This document shows, piece by piece, positions 27,052-45,161 of a stretch of DNA of 64,000 nt. The translations under genes were made by a program, and so were the position numbers. A model generated the notes under the pieces. That model was not told the DNA's origin and did no database searches. It was given only the letters and a program-made list of their open reading frames with translations. The stretch is from the human T2T-CHM13v2.0 reference genome, Homo sapiens. The DNA lies in the NCBI RefSeq assembly GCF_009914755.1, contig NC_060933.1; one strand, given 5' to 3'. Position 1 is the first letter of the stretch. Each line of letters begins with the position of its first letter.

Positions 27052-28329
27052 CCAGAGTGCAAGGCGGGCTCAGGATGGGTGGGGTGCTGGGTGGGCTTGG
27101 TCAGCCCTTGGTGGAGGGATGCTGCTTGACCACCAGCTGGTCTGACTCCCGCCTCCAGCCCTCTCGCCTGCAGTGTGGACTTGGCCACCCACCTGCCTCT
27201 GCCAGCCATGCCCGGCTTGTGTGGCCCCTCACCATAGCCCGCCCAGGGTCTCTCGGGCATCGAAAGGACAAGCTTAAGGGTCGTGCAAATGCACCGCGTG
27301 TACAGGACGGCTGTGTGCACACGTGCACCGGGGCGAGGGGCTGTCGATGCCACTTCCCTTCGCAGTGTTCTCTTAGTTACCGACAGTGTGGCAGCCTGCA
27401 GTTACCAGGGAAGCCGGAGCTAGGAGCAGAGGCAGGCGAAGCCCCAGGAGGGGAGGCATGTCCACTCCCCACAGCCCCTCCCATACCAGAGGCCCTTGAC
27501 AATGCGCCTGCAGGTCAGGCGACCAGCCAGGTGTGGGGTGAGCCCCCGCCTCTGTTTCCCCAAATGACTGGTATGTTCCTGGGCACACATCCGATGGCTG
27601 CCAGCCTGCACGTCACGCCCAGCTGCCGGAGCTACTGCGGGATTCCAGAACAAGGAACGTGACATGCTCGGCCTGGAGCGGAACAAGGCACCTGGCTCCC
27701 GCACCCTCGACGGGGCCCTGCCCAGTGGACACGACCACGTGGAAGCCTCTTCCTCCTGGCACTGCAGAGCGGATGGCGGATGCAGATCCCACTTTGGGGA
27801 TGGCGGGCACTGCTGGTAAATTCTAGGCACAGGAGCACCCTCTGGACAGGGCTTCCTAACCTGGGGCCTCTTGGCATGGGGCACCCACAGCGCAGTGCCA
27901 GGGCCAGGAACCGCTCACTCAGCAAGAGCAGCAACTTCCCACCGAGTGCTTTTCAGGCAAGGAAGCCACTGGATTTCTCCATGTGCTCTAGGGCTCCGTG
28001 ACCCAGGAGAGAGAGATTTCTCCCGGGAATGGGGTGTGTGCCGCTGAGCGCTGGCTGCAGACGCCCAGGGACCGGACCAGGCCCAGGCAAGCTGGGGGTT
28101 TGGGGTGGGACGGGACCATGAGGAGAGGAGGGGATGGGGACCCAGTGCCTCAAGGGGGCGGCAGCGGGCATGGGACGGCTGAGCAGATGTTCCCACCGCT
28201 GGCTGGAGGACTCTAGGAGGCGGGGCCATCTGAGCCTTCACGGGAGTCTGAAGGAGGCTGGTGACCCCTGGCCTCTCTGACAAGGAGCGGCTCTGCCCAG
28301 CACAAATGGGTCCCTCAAAGCTCTGGTGT

Positions 28330-28705
28330 CACCATCTGAGATCAGTCTGGCCAGGCTGAAATGGAGCTGTTGGCAGGGCCATGCCCCCTCTCGAGGCTCT
28401 CGGGGAGACCCTGCTTCCTCCCCTTTCCCAGCTCCAGCGCCACTTCCTGCCTCCTGGCCCCTTCCCCCTTCAGAGCCAGCAGCGTGAAGTAGCAGCTTCA
28501 CCTCTCCCTCTGCGTCTTCCCTCTTCTTGCCTCTCTCTTATGAGGACACTCGTGACTGCATTTGGAGCCCACCAGGCAATCCAGGGTCATGCCCTCACCC
28601 CGAGATCCTGAACTTCGCCACAACTACAGAGCCCCCTTTGCCATATGAGGTGACATTCACAGGTTCCAGGGTTTAGGATGCGGACGTCATTATTCAGCCA
28701 ATCAC
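28330..28705. mobile_element. MLT1 LTR fragment
   Basis: cttatgaggacactcgtgactgcatttggagccc and tttgccatatgaggtgacattcacaggttccaggg motifs. Confidence 0.7.
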
Positions 28706-28804
28706 AATGTATATCTCAAAAACACAAAGAATAAGCAAGCTGGAGTGGCTACATTTATATAAGGAAGGGGACCATTCCCAGGGATCAAGACAGACATTTT
28801 GGAT

Positions 28805-33230
<4,426 letters not shown>

Positions 33231-33954
33231 ATTCTTTGCTGGAATTCCTGTGTGGTTTCCTCCTGGCCCTGCCCTGACACAGAAATGGGGTCCGGTCCGT
33301 GGGGCTCCCACTGTCATCTCGTCCCTGTGATGAGGAGAAGACAGCCTGGGAGGCCGACGGCTGGTGTGGCCATGAGGCTTCTAACCCGACAGCCCCATCT
33401 CCCTCGTTCGGGCTGACGGCAACTGAGCTGGAGGAGTCTGTGGCCCAGGACCCAGGAGCTGGCATGGGCTGGCATGGGCTACAGGACAGGGCTTTCGTGG
33501 GGCAGAGCCCGCAGGTGTCCAGCTCCCGCCCAGGGACACAGCTGCATGTCTGGGATCAGCCTGGGTTCTTGTTCCTCAGCACACACCCACCTGACAGGTA
33601 GGAGTAAGCTGATTTAGACAAACAAATCCATACAGCAAATAACAAAAAGATCAGCCTCTTAGATACAGCAACATTGGGAAGATGATATGAAAGGAAAGTT
33701 CAGAGGTGCTGAGCTAGGGCAGCCTGGGCACCCAACAAGGCGTTCCTCTATTTCCCAGTGAGGATAGAGGGAAAATGCAGGGGGCCAATTTGAATTTAAA
33801 AATACCCAACCCAGAGTAAAATCTCAGCTGCCTTCCTACAAGCAACGCACTGACGGTGATCCCCACACATCGGCATCACCATGGACAAGGTCCTCTCCAC
33901 GTGGAAATCCGCGCTTTCCTGCTCGCAGCTTCATGAACATTTTCTTGGCTCCTG

Positions 33955-34062
33955 TGTGCGCCGTGGTCTTTGTGCACCATGGCCTGTGTACACCATGGTC
34001 TGTGTGTGTCGTGGTCTGTGTGCACCGTGGCCTGTGTACACCGTGGTCTGTGTGCGCCATGG
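33955..34062. repeat. Short tandem repeat (~15-16 bp, tgtgcaccgtggtct)
   Basis: About 7 imperfect copies visible. Confidence 0.8.
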
Positions 34063-34612
34063 CCGTCTGCCTGTCTTCGGCACTGGAGCCTCCCTTTGGC
34101 TAACGGAGCACCTGGGCGCCTGCCTTCTGCTTGTCAGAGAATCAGCACTTTGTGATCCATGGATGATGCTGACCTGAAATGCCCACGAGCCCAGGTGCCT
34201 GTGCTGACGGCAGCGGGCAGGTGGCGGCGCCTCCATGCTGTGGACAGAATGCATGGCCTCTACTGCACGCGCTCTGCAAGGTGACCTTGGAAACGCTCTT
34301 GCAATGGTGACGTCACAGTCCCAGGAAAAGCCAGTTCCAGTTTTCCTGCCCACTCCATCCGGCGGCCTCTCCCCATCCCAGCCTTGCACCAAGACGGGAC
34401 CTGGGTCTCTTGAGGCTTTTGAGTCTTCCCCATCAGCATTTCTTTCATTCAAAATAAAGTTAAAAGAACCCCCCAGGACACGAGGGACTCCAGGCACCCC
34501 AAGCTCAGAGGCACAGTTTTGAGGGGAGCTCTCTCCTCACATGAAGTGTGGCCTTGAGGTGCCAGCAGCCCAGGGGGCTCAAGGCTGTGACAAAGCTTGC
34601 AGACTGGAATGT

Positions 34613-34888
34613 GCTGGGACTGGGGCTGGGGTTGGGGTTGGGACTGGGGCTGGGGCTGGGGCAGTGACGGGGGCTGTGGCTGTGGCCGTGGTAGTGACCA
34701 TGCCTGGAGGCTGTGGTCACAGCCATGGCTGTAGTTGCAGTGACCGTGGCTGTGGCCGTGGCTGTGGCCATGTCAGTGGTGGTGGCTGTGGCTGTGGCTG
34801 GGGGGTGGGTGGCCATGGCTGCGGCCGTGGCTGTAGTTGTGTCTACGGCTGGGGTTGTGGCTGAGGTATGACCGTGGCTGGGGCTGTG
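34613..34888. repeat. Hexamer repeat (GGGGCT)n grading into (GGCTGT)n
   Basis: Direct inspection; gives the low-complexity Ala/Thr and Gly/Cys ORFs. Confidence 0.9.
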
Positions 34889-35885
34889 AAATGTTAAATC
34901 CAGCTACCTGCCCCCTGCTTTCTTCCACCCTGGCAGGCCACCCATCACCCACGCCAACATCAGACTTCGACGGCGAGAGAGCATTGACCTCCTTTCAGCA
35001 AATGTCGATGCCAGGTACACACAAGCACAAATCCACTTGGCCGGTCCCAAGGTGCCACGCACAGCCACTGTCACCCCCTTCTCCCCCGCAGAGCCCCTCA
35101 CTCCCCAGCTCCTGGTGGGCCACCCTGCCCCCATCCCTCCAGGCCTTTGCCTGAGCTCCTGGCAGCTTCCCAGGCCCTCTGCCCGCCCAGCCTTCCCTGA
35201 GGCTGTGTCTCCCGCAGTCAGGCCAGGCCCAGGCCTTCTCTCCCCTCCCTCACCTGCAGCCCCCATATCCCCAGGCCCAGTGAGGCCAACCCAGCCTCTG
35301 CTTCCGCGCAGAAAAAGTGCTCTGCAAATTCAACCGCTGCTGCTGCTCAAATCTCCTATGAAGCTGAGAATTAGAGGAAGCTTCCAGAACCTGGCAGCCC
35401 CAGCAGCGTTCCCAATGGCAGAGCCCAAGCCCTCGGCTCTCCTGCTCTTCCTCACCTTGCACAAGATCTGCTCTCCAGATGGGTCATGAAAAGGCATTGG
35501 GGACAAAAGAGAAAACCACTAGGGAAAGAGGGGAGCATCCACAAACCCCCTTCTGTTCCTGAGGCGCCGAGTGGCTGAGTGGTGGCCGAGCAAACCCACC
35601 CAGTGGGGCTGCGGGCACCTGGCCTCAGGGCCCACTGAAACCACTTCTGGGCTGGCCTCCCTTGCTTCACCCAGCCCCATGCCACCCTTCCCCGTGCAAA
35701 CACTGCACCCCCAAAGCTCTGCCCACACTCAGGCCCAAATCAACCTCTTACCAGCGCTGGGGCCTCCTGTCTACTTATTTTTGGCAGCATGTAACACACA
35801 AAAACATCAATGCACAACTCACTGAATTCTCACAAGGCATACACGTGTGCAATGGCCACCCAGCAGTCCTTCTGCACCCCCAAAC

Positions 35886-36775
35886 CTATCCCCACCCCTC
35901 CCTAGAGGTGAGCACTATTCCCTCCCCCTCCCCACAGGTCAGCACTATCCCCTCCCCTCCCCACAGGTGAGCAGTATCCCCTCCCCTCCCCACAGGTGAG
36001 CAGTATCCCCTCCCCTCCCCACAGGTCAGCACTATCCCCTCCCCTCCCCACAGGTCAGCACTATCCCCTCTCCTCCCCCTCCCCACAGGTAAGCACTATC
36101 CCCTCCCCCTCCCCACAGGTCAGCACTATCCCCTCCCCCTCCCCACAGGTCAGCACTATCCCCTCCCCTCCCCACAGGTCAGCACTATCCCCTCCCCTCC
36201 CCCTCCCCACAGGTAAGCACTATCCCCTCCCCCTCCCCACAGGTCAGCACTATCCCCTCCCCCTCCCCACAGGTGAGCACTATCCCCTCCCCTCCCCACA
36301 GGTGAGCACTATCCCCTCCCCCTCCCCACAGGTCAGCACTATCCCCTCCCCCTCCCCACAGGTGAGCACTATCCCCTCCCCTCCCCACAGGTGAGCACTA
36401 TCCCCTCCCCCTCCCCACAGGTGAGCACTATCCCCTCCCCCTCCCCACAGGTCAGCACTATCCCCTCCCCTCCCCCTCCCCACAGGTAAGCACTATCCCC
36501 TCCCCCTCCCCACAGGTCAGCACTATCCCCTCCCCCTCCCCACAAGTGAGCACTATCCCCTCCCCTCCCCACAGGTCAGCACTATCCCCTCCCCCTCCCC
36601 ACAGATGAGCACTATCCCCTCCCCTCCCCACAGGTCAGCACTATCCCCTCCCCTCCCCCTCCCCACAGGTGAGCACTATCCCCTCCCCTCCCCCTCCCCA
36701 CAGGTCAGCACTATCCCCTCCCCCTCCCCACAGGTCAGCACTATCCCCTCCCCTCCCCACAGGTGAGCACTATTC
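35886..36775. repeat. ~30-bp C-rich minisatellite, about 29 copies (cccctccccacaggt[c/g/a]agcactatc)
   Basis: Highly homogeneous tandem units counted by eye. Confidence 0.97.
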
Positions 36776-37039
36776 TGCTGTTTCAGGTTGTTAGGTATAT
36801 TTTTAAAATCCTCATCTCTGAGAATCACCCAGTTGTTGGTCTCAGCTGTGATTTGTCATCTCCATGGCTCTACCACTGCTGTACAGAACGTCCCTATGCT
36901 TCCTCTGTCTACTCTTCCAAGGATGGACACTGAGTCATCCCGTTTGGGTCGCTGGAGCCACGTGTGCACTGTTGGGGTGGGGCTGGCAGGCGGTCTCTCC
37001 GGTGGCCGGGGCTGCCCAGGGGCTCGTCCCAGGTGATGC

Positions 37040-37522
37040 TGTAGCAGGAGGAGCTGCAGACAAAACTCCTCAGACACCGGATTAAAGAAGGAAGAGGTTT
37101 TTATTCAGCCGGGAGCGTCGGTAGACGCACGTCTTAAGAGCCGAGGTCCCCGAAAAAGAAATTCTTGGCCTTTTTAAAGGCTTACAACTTTAAGGGGTCC
37201 ACGTGAAAAGGTCGTGATACATCAAGCAAGCGTGGGAAACGTGACCGGGGGCTACACGCATCCGCTAACAGAACAAAAAGTTTCACAACGCTTTTTTCAT
37301 ACAGCGTCTGGAATTTACCGATAACACAAGTAGTTTAGGTCAGGGGTTGATGTTATTATTATTACTTTTTTTAACTCCTAGGGCTGGGTAGTGGTGACAA
37401 GGTTGTCTGGCTGTTTATCTTACTTTTGTTTTTTTCCACTTTTCACTTTTTCTCTCCTGTCTTGTGAACTAGGCAAGGTTGGGGGAGGAGGGCAGCAAGA
37501 GCAGTAGTGGTCTCCTTCCTTA
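37040..37522 (-). mobile_element. LTR2B-like (HERV-E/Harlequin) solo LTR
   Basis: Minus strand starts TAAGGAAGGAGACCACTAC and ends …CCTGCTACA; exact TSD ATGC; AATAAA on the minus strand near 37100. Confidence 0.85.
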
Positions 37523-39062
37523 ATGCCACACAGCTTCCCGACACACAGGGCTCCAGCAGATTGACCCAGTGCCCCTGCCTTTTGACGGCCATGCTTTAGC
37601 CACTATGGTGAGGGAGATTGTGGGGGGCCCCCAATCATGTCAACTAAAGAATGACAAGGCTCATACATTTGGAAAGGAGAGCTTTATTGCTCATAAACGG
37701 TTGCAGCCTGCAGGATGGCCCTTCTGACTGGCTGGGAAGTGCAGCCTCAGGCCAGAAGCCAGAAACAGACACTTTCACATGGAAGAGAAGGGAAGAAGAA
37801 TTTACACTGCATGGGGAGCAGCCCCTCCCTCCCTACCTGGAGACCTTTCCTGTGTATCCAACAAACGATTGAGCCAGGACCAGTGTGCTCTGTGGGCAGG
37901 GGGCTTCTCCCCAAATCCCAGGGCACCAGGTGCTGGCCACCAACCAGTGCTGCACCCAAGCTACCACCCACCCCTGGTGACCAGCAGGTTCCACACCGAG
38001 GGTCAGCTGCTCCGCAGGAAGGCACAGGGGCCCTGAGAGCTGGTGGAGGGACCCCCAGGCCGAGTGTCCGATGGGGCTTCCCAGAGGGGACACCTCACCA
38101 GGACGGGGCAGGAGGCAGGGTGTGGGGCCGCACAGGGCCTCAGCACAGACACAGGGTAGTGAGGGCACTGAAGGGGCTGTCACTGTATCCCAAGGGCTTG
38201 GGGAAAGTGGCACATTTTTTAAATGAAAAAAATATATGTTTTTAAAGAGGCAAAGATAGTCACCTTTTTAAGTTGGATTTGACTCAGCAGAGACCCGTGA
38301 AGCCTTCTCCAATCCCCGAGCCGGGCATCCGTGGTTCAGTCGGGGAAGCCCCTGCTGCTGGGGACTGGGGTGGGGGGGGGGTCACAGTCAAGTGTGAGAC
38401 CCAGGGTCCAGCAGTGACCTGGGACCTAAAGTAAAACAGATACAGTGCTGGGCTGGGCTGGGGAGTGTGACCCTCCAGGGGAGGCAGGGACCCCAAGCCA
38501 GCATCTGCCCTCAGAGGCTGCCAGGGAAGAGCAGGTACCCTTGGGAACCGGCGCCAGGGGCAGGCCCATCCCCATACACCCTCCCTGGCATCCGGCACTT
38601 CCTCTCTCCACCCAGGACCCCAGCTCTGCAGACTAGATCCAGGACCCCAGGATGCCACCCTGTCTCTGCTGCAGCCTGCATGGGGGACCCCAGAAAACCA
38701 CCCCCATCTCAATGCCTCCCCGTGGAGGCCAGCGGGACTCCATGACAGGACTCCAACGAGGACGTCAGAGCAGGCAGTCACGTCTCCGGACCCTCCCTCC
38801 AGCCCCAACTGGCCTTACAGTCCCTCCGCTCAGGCCCCTCTCCCCCAGTGGCTGCCACCCTGCCTCCAACCTGAGACCAGCCCCAGCGGGTTGTACTTTT
38901 TTGGATATTTATTATGTTTATTCGTAATTTGATTGCTTGTTTTTCCAGTGCTTAGTGGACAGCACATCTCAGGGAGCCTCAGCCCAGCCCTCCCTCTGCC
39001 ACCGGGGGAGCCTCCTCATTCACATAACACCCTCCAGGGGCACACCTTGCCCTGCAGGATGA

Positions 39063-39527
<465 letters not shown>

Positions 39528-42199
39528 CCTTCATGGGTGACTCTTACACAGCCTCAGCTGCACTTCCCCTTCCAGGTAGCCTTTCCTGAGCCCCGAGTCT
39601 GACAAGGAGCCCCTGCCCAGGCGTCCACAGCCCCCAGTGTCGTCCTCATCATTGGCCCAGCCCTGAACCCCCTCTGTGCATTTCTGGGAGGCTGGAGCCC
39701 CAAGTAAATCAATGAATGAATGAAGAATGAGTGAGTGAACACCTTCCCTGTCTGGGAGGCCTGAGGCAGGGGCGGGAAATGGGGAGGCCTGGGCAGCCTC
39801 CTACTGCCGCATCCTCTGCACCTGTCCCCGCCGGCCAGCCCACACCTGGGCACACCCGACCCAGAAAAGTGAGGGGGAGGAGAATGACGAGGAGAGCAAA
39901 CGCACCTCTGAGCCCAGGCCTTCTGCGAGGAAGAAGATGCTGGAGAAGCGGCCAATCTAGGAAGAGGCCGGGTGGCCCCCATCTCCCCAGCCTCACACCT
40001 AGCCCTGAGTGGGGGCCACCCTTGGATCTGACCCGGGAAAATGACACAATTCTGGGCAGGGCCAGCCAGGAGCTGGGAGTCCTGGGTGCAGCCAGTCCCT
40101 GCCCTCTCTGTGCCTCAGTTTCCCTCCCGTAGGACCAGATGTTTGCTGGGGTCCCCGCCAGCCTGACCCTTGGCTGGACCCACTCCTGGGACAGCAGGCC
40201 CCCTGCAGGGGAAGGAGCAACCCCAAAATGTGGAGGGCCTAGGGGGTGCCCCTCACACCTCCCCACTGGCCACTGCAGGGGAGCCGAGCAAGGGCCGAGG
40301 CTGGGCTCTCCGAGCAGGACCCAAGCCAGGCATCCACCAGGCCACTGCCCGGGGCCTCCCGCCCTCCCTTCCCGCCTGCCTCTCTCCTCTTCTGCTAGGG
40401 ACCTGGCAGAGACGGGGCCTGCGCTTGGGATTTAAGAGAGTCACCGCTCCACACCTGCACTGTGCCCCTCCCACCCCAGGCCAGCCCTGAGGGGGAGCAG
40501 CTGTCACCCTGACATCCAACAGAGTCCCACTTCCGAGGCCAAGGTGAGCACAGCATGGGTTTGGGGGACTCCCAGGAGGGCTCATGTGGGGAAGCCAGGA
40601 GCATGAGTGAGTCATTAGCCCCATCACAGCCTTCTCGGGGAGAGAACACACAACTGGGGGTGCCTCCCCCTCCCCTCCTCTGCAATGACAGTTCTCTGTC
40701 CCTGTGCCTGACGGGTCCTCCTTGGCGACAGCCTCCTGCCCCACTACATGGACCTGCGCACCCTTCGAGTAACCTTGCAAGCCCCTTAAAGGGGCTGGCC
40801 CTTCTAGTTCCCTTCCTTCAGCTCCGCTCCTCTGCCCAGGGCTCTTACGTGGTTGGGGTCTGGCCCTGCTGGGGGATGGGCCCTTGGAGGAGAAGAGAAG
40901 AGACAGCCCAGCTTATGAACTTGGCAGTTCACCCAGGAAAAACGAGTCCCCTCCCTTGTCCTGGCACCAAAGTGGCCTCCCAGCACAGTTCCTGGGCTGA
41001 ATCAACGTCCACTGACTGTAGAGCCCATTCCAGGTCCTGAAGCACGTTCTCTGAGCACATGCTGTGCCCAGAACCCTGGAGCTCCAAGGAACCCCCAGGG
41101 CTGGGCTGTGAATGCAACATGGAGAAGTCCAGGGCTGCTCCCAGCCACCTGAGGACATGGCTGCTTGCCCCATCCTGGCAGGGAAGAGCCATGGCGGACA
41201 GTGCCCAGGCACAACACAGCCTCAGCAGCCGGACTGCCCATGGCTCCATTCCACCCCAATTCCACCCCAACACTCTCCAGGGAAGGGGGCCGCAGAATGA
41301 GGGGAAATGGACCCCATCTTACCATCAAAGAGCTAGACGCTGCTCCGTGGCCCTGCCGAAGGTGGTTTCAGAAATCCTGATTCCAGAGACAGCAGCACCT
41401 AGTGGGGAGGGTACTGGGATGCACTTCGGGGCAGCCTGGTCCCCTCTGGGGAGGAAATCGATCACAGAGCCCCCCGCCTGGAGGGCACAACGGATCCCCA
41501 CTTTACAAGAGGCAGCCGACTGGGGCCTCTGCATCCCCCCACTCGCTCCTACCTTGGTTCACCCATGTTTATGGCCATGCGTCACAGGCGTGGGGGGCTG
41601 CCAGCTGAGCCCAACCAGGTCGGGGCGAGGCAGGTGCTGTTGGAAGGGGCATTATGACACCCCAGCACTGCACGCACGCCTTCGGCATCTCCCGCTTGGA
41701 CCCACGGGTGTCTGTGGCAGGGATCACAGCCCTATTTTGGGCATCAGACGCTCCCATAAAAGGACAGGGAGGCGATGGGGGTGGCTCTTTGGTGAGTGCT
41801 GGGCCCTGACACCACGGAGAGGAATCACCCCCTCCTGGGAAGACCCTCAGGGCTGTCCTTTAACCCTCCCTGAGCCCTCCCCTCCCCCCAAGGTCACAGC
41901 TCCCACTCCTCCCACTCGGGACCCCAAAACTGCACCAAAGACGTGATGGGGGTCAGTTTTTGCCCCTGACAACCCCACCCCATTTATAAGGCAGACGCCA
42001 GTAAAGTGACCAGTGGTTCACAGGAGGGAGACCCTCCCCCCCGCACTCCCACCCCAATCCCCGTCTTCCTCAAAAATGCCCCTGGAGGGTCAGACTCCAG
42101 CCTGTGGTGCCGGGGACACATCCCCCAGGAAACCTCTGGGCTGAGGCAACACCAAGTGCAGAATAGGGGTGACCTGTGTCTGCGGTGACCTGTGGCTGT

Positions 42200-42500
42200 G
42201 GTGACCAGGGATAGGGTGAGCCAGGGGTAGGGTGAGCCGGAGATGAGGTGAGCCTGGGGTGAGTTGAGCCAGGGATGCGATGAGCCGGGGGTGGGGTGAC
42301 CGGGGGGTAGGATCACCGGGGGTAGGTTGAGCCAGGGATAGGGTGAGCCAGGGGTAGGGTGAGCTGGGGGTGGGGTGAGCCGGGGGTGGGGTGAGCCGGG
42401 GGTGGGGTGAGCCAGGGATAGGGTGAGCCTGGGGGAGGGTGAGCCGGGGGTGGGGTGGCCTGGGGGTGGGGTGACCCGGGGTGGGCCAGCGTGGGGTGAC
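42200..42500. repeat. G-rich ~20-bp tandem repeat (gggtgagccgggggtg)
   Basis: Repeated G-run units by inspection. Confidence 0.9.
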
Positions 42501-45161
42501 ACTCGGGGGAGAAGGTCAGCAGGGCGGTGAGGGGGTAGGAATCGGAGCTGCTCAGTGGGCCCAGCTACCAGGAGCCCCGGAGGGTCCTCGACGGATTTGT
42601 GCATGAGAAACCAGATCGCTTCTACCTGGGGTGGGCAGCTCTGCTCCCGGGTGGCCTTGGCGCTCCTTGGCTGGCTCCCTGGAACTGGAAAGGGCAGCCC
42701 TGGGGCTCCTGGTCACTGCAGGGGGAGTGCGTGGGCCCCTGCACAGCTCTGCTCTAGGAGGAGTGGGGTCAGAGGACCCTCAGCGGACGGGCCTCTCCCA
42801 GCCCCCTGCAGTGGCGCCAAGGCTCCAGGAGCCGAGGCCTCTTCCTGAGTGTGTGCTGTGCCACTCATGATCCTTTGAAGAGCCCCCTCCCCGGCCTCGC
42901 ACCCAGCCAGGCCCACAGTGCACACAAGCAGAGGCCCCATTCATGTCTCTGTGAAGCTCGGGGCCTTGTGTCTTTGGGGGCAGCAGCCGCAGGATGTGCA
43001 TCCATGGGAACACAGGGAGGGTGGCCCTGGAACAGCGGTGGCTGGGAAAGGTCTTGCCTGCACACAGCAGCCTGGCCTGGCTGTGTCTGACCTGGTGGAA
43101 GCCCCAGGCCCCTAGCCCAGCTCCTGCTCCTCAGAAAGGCACCTGGGGGCCAGACCTCGAGGTCCAAAGTTCATTGTCTTTGCCAAAAAGCATCTGCATC
43201 TTGGTGGCCACTGTGCTGTTATCGGGGCCTTGAGGTCCATCCAAACACAGACACAGGGCACTTTAGGAGCAGTGACTGGAACAGCCTAGAGGAGGCTAGG
43301 CAGCAACAAATCACTCAGAAAACCCAGCAAAGGAAAGCGCAGACCCCACGGCCTGTCCCCGGGCAAAGGCAGTTCGCACATAAAGGCTGCCCCTGGCTGG
43401 CCCAGCTCTGCCCCCATCTGCCCCAGGGGGTGGCCAGGTAGGGAGGAGCTGGCTCTGGCACAAACCCAACTCCACCTGTCTGTGGCCTGCCTTGGCCAAC
43501 GTCTCTGCCTCTCAGGCTGGAGGGCTACAGGCAAGCAAGGAAGGTATAACTGACCCTCGTGCTCGCTAAGGAGGAAACCCCACCTCTCCAACGAGCGATT
43601 CCATGTGGCTTCAGCTGCCACCCCCCTTGAGGATAACACAGAGCATCTGTCCGTCCTGCTAACCCTTCTGGTCCAACCTGGAATCCCTTAAGTCAGCAGA
43701 GGAATGAGGAAACTCACATTGATCCAGAACGTCTCTCTCATCACCCCCAAGAAGCCGAGACCCTGCTACTCCAGGAGGTTCTGGGAGGACCCAGAACCCA
43801 TGTTCCTTAGAGCTGGCACCATTGAGTACATCCACTGTGGGCAGGGGGGGTCCTCGCCCTGGATAAAAACCAGGCGGCCACCTCAGTCCTTGAGGACACG
43901 CCCCTCCCTTGGTGCCAGGCCCCTTTGACAGCCAGGGGGGGCTTCCATGGGTGAGTGCAGCACCCTCCTCCCCGCCTCACAAGTGGCTTTGCCCAGACCC
44001 CCACACCCTCCCAGTGGAAGGTGCCCCCGGCCAGCGCTGTGACCAGCATGTGATGGGTCATGGCCTGCTGACTGCGAGCGGACTCGGCCTCTCGCGGGTG
44101 GGCCCACCAGCCGTGCAGTGTGGAAAGGTAGGCACGTCCATCCTAACTGCCGTGGGGGCAAGGTGGGCAGGTGAGGCCAGGGCGGGATGGCGTGGGGAAG
44201 CAGGAAGGAGCACCGAGATTTCTGGCTGTTGGGGCTGGGCCCAGGGGGACACCCCTGGGCAGACAAGGGCTGAGGTGGTGGGTCCCCTGGGGGGGCCAGG
44301 ACCACGTGGTGGGAGTGGACCAGGGAGACAGGGAGCCCAAAAGGAGGTGTCACCCCTTCCAGGGTCAACACATGGGCCTGCCCTAGTTCACTGCTTTGGG
44401 GACCAACCTCAGCATCTTGTCCCAGAGCCAGTGGCGGGTGGGGCCTTCCCTGCCCTCAGGGCCAGGCTGTGCTTCAGAACAGCAGAGGCTGACACCCTAG
44501 GCTCCAGGGAGGCCTGGGCCTCAGAGGCCGGTGGGCTCACCTGGGGTCCAGCTGATCCCTCCAAGCTCTGTTTCCCAAGAGGTACCCCAGGGAGCCCCAC
44601 ATCTGCTTCTCTTTCATGTAACCTGGGGACACAGCAGTGCCCACCTCCCAGGCTGACCAGGGTGGTGATGTCTGACCGACCACACTCCTGCCAGCCCCAC
44701 CAGCCGTACTTCCTGCCTTCCCGCCGCTCCTGGCCAAACAGGCTGGGAAATAGCTGGCGGCCTCCCAGGGAAGGACTGGCCCAAACCCTCCCGATGCCCC
44801 CACTCCCCCAGTGTCTTCTCTCAGGAAGGGGTCCGTGGGCCACACTTCAGGAAGGCGGTCCCAACGCAGACCAGAAGTTTCCGCAGCTTCCCGGGGCTTC
44901 AGCGTTCTAAGAGCCCACAGAGGGCAGGACAGGGCTGCCTCCTGGGTCAAGGGCTGGGTGTTAGTGCCTCTCTGGTCCCAGGGAGGAGCCAGCAGGGGCA
45001 TCCAGGGAGGCCAGGACTGGCTTGAACACAGTGGAGGTGGCAACGTCGCTGCCTGGAGCCAAGGGAGCCTTGACGGTGCAGTGACCACGGTTCTGGGGAC
45101 CATGGGGCCAGGAAATCCCACAGCGTTGAGGGTGTGGCCGTCAGCCCTGAGGGCATCCCCT

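Noticed and set aside
27302-27375. a-cag-gac-ggc (QDG) as exon 3 of the Can f 2-like pseudogene
   Set aside because: Matches only three residues, has no preceding AG acceptor and no downstream similarity. Exons 3-6 could not be located by eye.
27912-27960. RSLSKSSNFPPSAFQ as a possible exon 5 remnant
   Set aside because: Weak resemblance without splice sites or the conserved Cys; needs a DNA alignment with dog.
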